Source of the DNA: Selaginella moellendorffii
Taxonomy: Eukaryota > Plantae > Lycopodiophyta
Length of the DNA stretch: 64,000 bases
Direction: 5' to 3'
Assembly (NCBI RefSeq): GCF_000143415.4
Contig: NW_003314308.1
Location: forward strand, 757,769-821,768
Shown: positions 62,235-64,000 of the stretch, piece after piece
Layout of the letters: each line of letters begins with the position of its first letter
Numbering within the stretch: position 1 is the stretch's first letter
Notes under the pieces: model-generated
Told to the model about the DNA's origin: nothing
Databases searched by the model: none
The model's input: only the letters and a program-made list of their open reading frames with translations
Made by a program: the position numbers and the translations under genes

Positions 62235-64000
62235 ATGGCGATGGTGGAATTGGAGTGGAGAAGTGGGATCTCTCAACGCAAACACAGCGATCGAGAATGG
62301 GATCTTCGCGAGCAATGCGTGGAGCTCATGGGGAGCTGCCAATCGGCATCACAGGCATCAGAGATCCACGGCCGAATCCAGCGCCTCTACGGCAGCCGCG
62401 ACGTTTTCATGCAAAACAAGCTCATCGAGATGTATGGCAAATGCGGCAGCCTGGAGAGCGCGCGCCAGATCTTCGACGCCATGCCCATGCACGATTCCTT
62501 CTCCTGGACGCTCATGCTCTGCGCGTACTCCCACAACGGCAAGCTCCACGACGCCCAGATCGTGTTCGACGCCACGCCCAGCGATCTCCGCACGCTCGTC
62601 GCCTGGACTGCCATGATCGATGCGCTTGCCAAGAAGGGGCATCTGGCTCCCAGCAAGGAGCTTTTCGATCGCATGCCGCAGAGGAATCTCGTGTCCTGGA
62701 ACTCGATGCTGGATGGATACACGCACAGCGGCCTCGCCACCCAAGCCAAGCAGCTGTTTGATCAAATGCCCGAGAGAGATCTGCTCTCGTGGACTTCTCT
62801 CCTTGTTGCATATGCCCAAAGCGGGCATATGGACTCGGCAAAACGGACTTTTGATTCCATGCCAGGCCGGGATATCGTCGCTTGGAACACGATGCTGGTC
62901 TCGTTTTCACGCAAAAATCAGCTCCAGAAAGCGGTGTGGATCTTTGAGAAAATGCCGCAGTTTAATGTTGTGTCTTGGAACGCAATGGTTGCAGCATATG
63001 CCCGAAACGGGCATTTGGATCAAGCAAAACAAGTCATGGAAAAGATGCCTCAGCCCAACCTTGTGTCATGCAACACACTTCTTGCAGCGTTTTCGTCCAG
63101 CGGAAGGGTGACGGAGGCGAAAGAAGTGTTTAACAGCGTTCCGGAGCGAGACATGGCGTCTTGGTCCTCGATGCTTACGGCATATACGCACAATGGGCGC
63201 CTTGAGGAGGCAAAGTGTCTCTTTGATGAGATGCCGAGCCGGAGCTTGGTATCGTGGACGAGCATGATGCTCGTCTACGGTCAGAATGGCCACCTGGACT
63301 ACGCCAAATCAGTCTTTGACTCCATGCCCGAGCGCGATCTCGTCGCCTGGACGTCGATGCTTGCAGCGCTCGTTCACAATTCCCGATTCGATGACGCGCG
63401 GCTGCTCTTTGATTCCATGCCGCAGAAGGATCTCATCGCGTGGACGACGATGCTGCTGGGATACATCCAGGGTGGATTGATCTCCGAAGGAAAAGCGCTC
63501 TTTGACAGCATGCCAGAGAGAAATGCCACTGCTTGGAACTGTATGCTCGGAGTTTACGCTCAGAAGGGCCATCTCGCCAACGCCACCAAAATCTTCCAGG
63601 GAATCCCTGCTCAAGATCAAGGATTGATCTCCTGGAGTGCCATGCTCGCTGCTTACTGTCACCACGGCCATTTCGAGCAGGGCTTTGAAGCATTCCAGGC
63701 GATGAAAATGGTGGTGGAATCCCCAGACGAGGTGTGCTTTACTTTGCTCCTCGTCGCGTGTAGCTGCCAGGGAGAGGTTTACACGGGAAGGTGTGTTTTC
63801 ACGTCAATGAGCGTGGATTATGGAGTGGTGGCCGGGAAGCAGCACTATGCTTGCATGGTGGACTTGCTGGGACGTTCCGGGCATCTGAGAAGCGCCCGAG
63901 AGCTCATTGGCAGCATGCCGTTCGTGGAGGATGTTGTCGACTGGGTTTCCTTGCTGGGATGCTGCAAGAGATACAACGATTTGGAGCTGGGAAGTGTTGC
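62235..64000 (+). CDS. PLS-class pentatricopeptide repeat protein (organellar RNA-editing factor type), 3'-truncated by the window
   Basis: NKLIEMYGKCGSLESARQIFDAMP, many short repeats (FD.MP.R..VSW..ML..Y...G), HYACMVDLLGRSGHL and the start of an E domain (MPFVEDVVDWVSLLG). The frame at 62235 matches the frame at the window end. Confidence 0.92.
   Translation, partial: MAMVELEWRSGISQRKHSDREWDLREQCVELMGSCQSASQASEIHGRIQRLYGSRDVFMQNKLIEMYGKCGSLESARQIFDAMPMHDSFSWTLMLCAYSHNGKLHDAQIVFDATPSDLRTLVAWTAMIDALAKKGHLAPSKELFDRMPQRNLVSWNSMLDGYTHSGLATQAKQLFDQMPERDLLSWTSLLVAYAQSGHMDSAKRTFDSMPGRDIVAWNTMLVSFSRKNQLQKAVWIFEKMPQFNVVSWNAMVAAYARNGHLDQAKQVMEKMPQPNLVSCNTLLAAFSSSGRVTEAKEVFNSVPERDMASWSSMLTAYTHNGRLEEAKCLFDEMPSRSLVSWTSMMLVYGQNGHLDYAKSVFDSMPERDLVAWTSMLAALVHNSRFDDARLLFDSMPQKDLIAWTTMLLGYIQGGLISEGKALFDSMPERNATAWNCMLGVYAQKGHLANATKIFQGIPAQDQGLISWSAMLAAYCHHGHFEQGFEAFQAMKMVVESPDEVCFTLLLVACSCQGEVYTGRCVFTSMSVDYGVVAGKQHYACMVDLLGRSGHLRSARELIGSMPFVEDVVDWVSLLGCCKRYNDLELGSV

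Overview
This is eukaryotic land-plant nuclear DNA, most consistent with the lycophyte Selaginella: introns of about 50-100 nt, intergenic gaps of about 100-200 bp, and a PLS-class PPR gene made of short repeats. The species call is inference. 1-15.1 kb is a nest of retroelements: a Tat-like Ty3/gypsy element with an extra archaeal-type RNase H between protease and RT, a decayed Copia-like relic, and two LTR families (here A and B). 15.5-31 kb is a compact gene island (TFIIE-alpha, CNOT11, choline monooxygenase, phytoene synthase, a small membrane protein). It is bracketed by two restriction-endonuclease-fold genes of the Crinkler/RHS-effector type (an intact Uma2-like ORF and a frameshifted NTPase-REase gene), each beside fragments of host genes (beta-galactosidase-like, BRCC36, KLHDC4). 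31-58 kb is a tandem segmental duplication (offset 11.4 kb in its genic part). Its copies carry different solo LTRs with clean TSDs, a Merlin/IS1595-like DNA transposon in one copy only, two His/Pro-rich extensin-like membrane-protein genes, and an LTR-fused fragment of a NYN-LOTUS gene. 57-64 kb holds the full NYN-LOTUS gene head-to-head with a ZnT5-N-like membrane-protein gene that contains a 55-nt AT-AC (U12) intron, followed by a PPR gene running off the window. All homology calls come from motif recognition by eye, not database searches.
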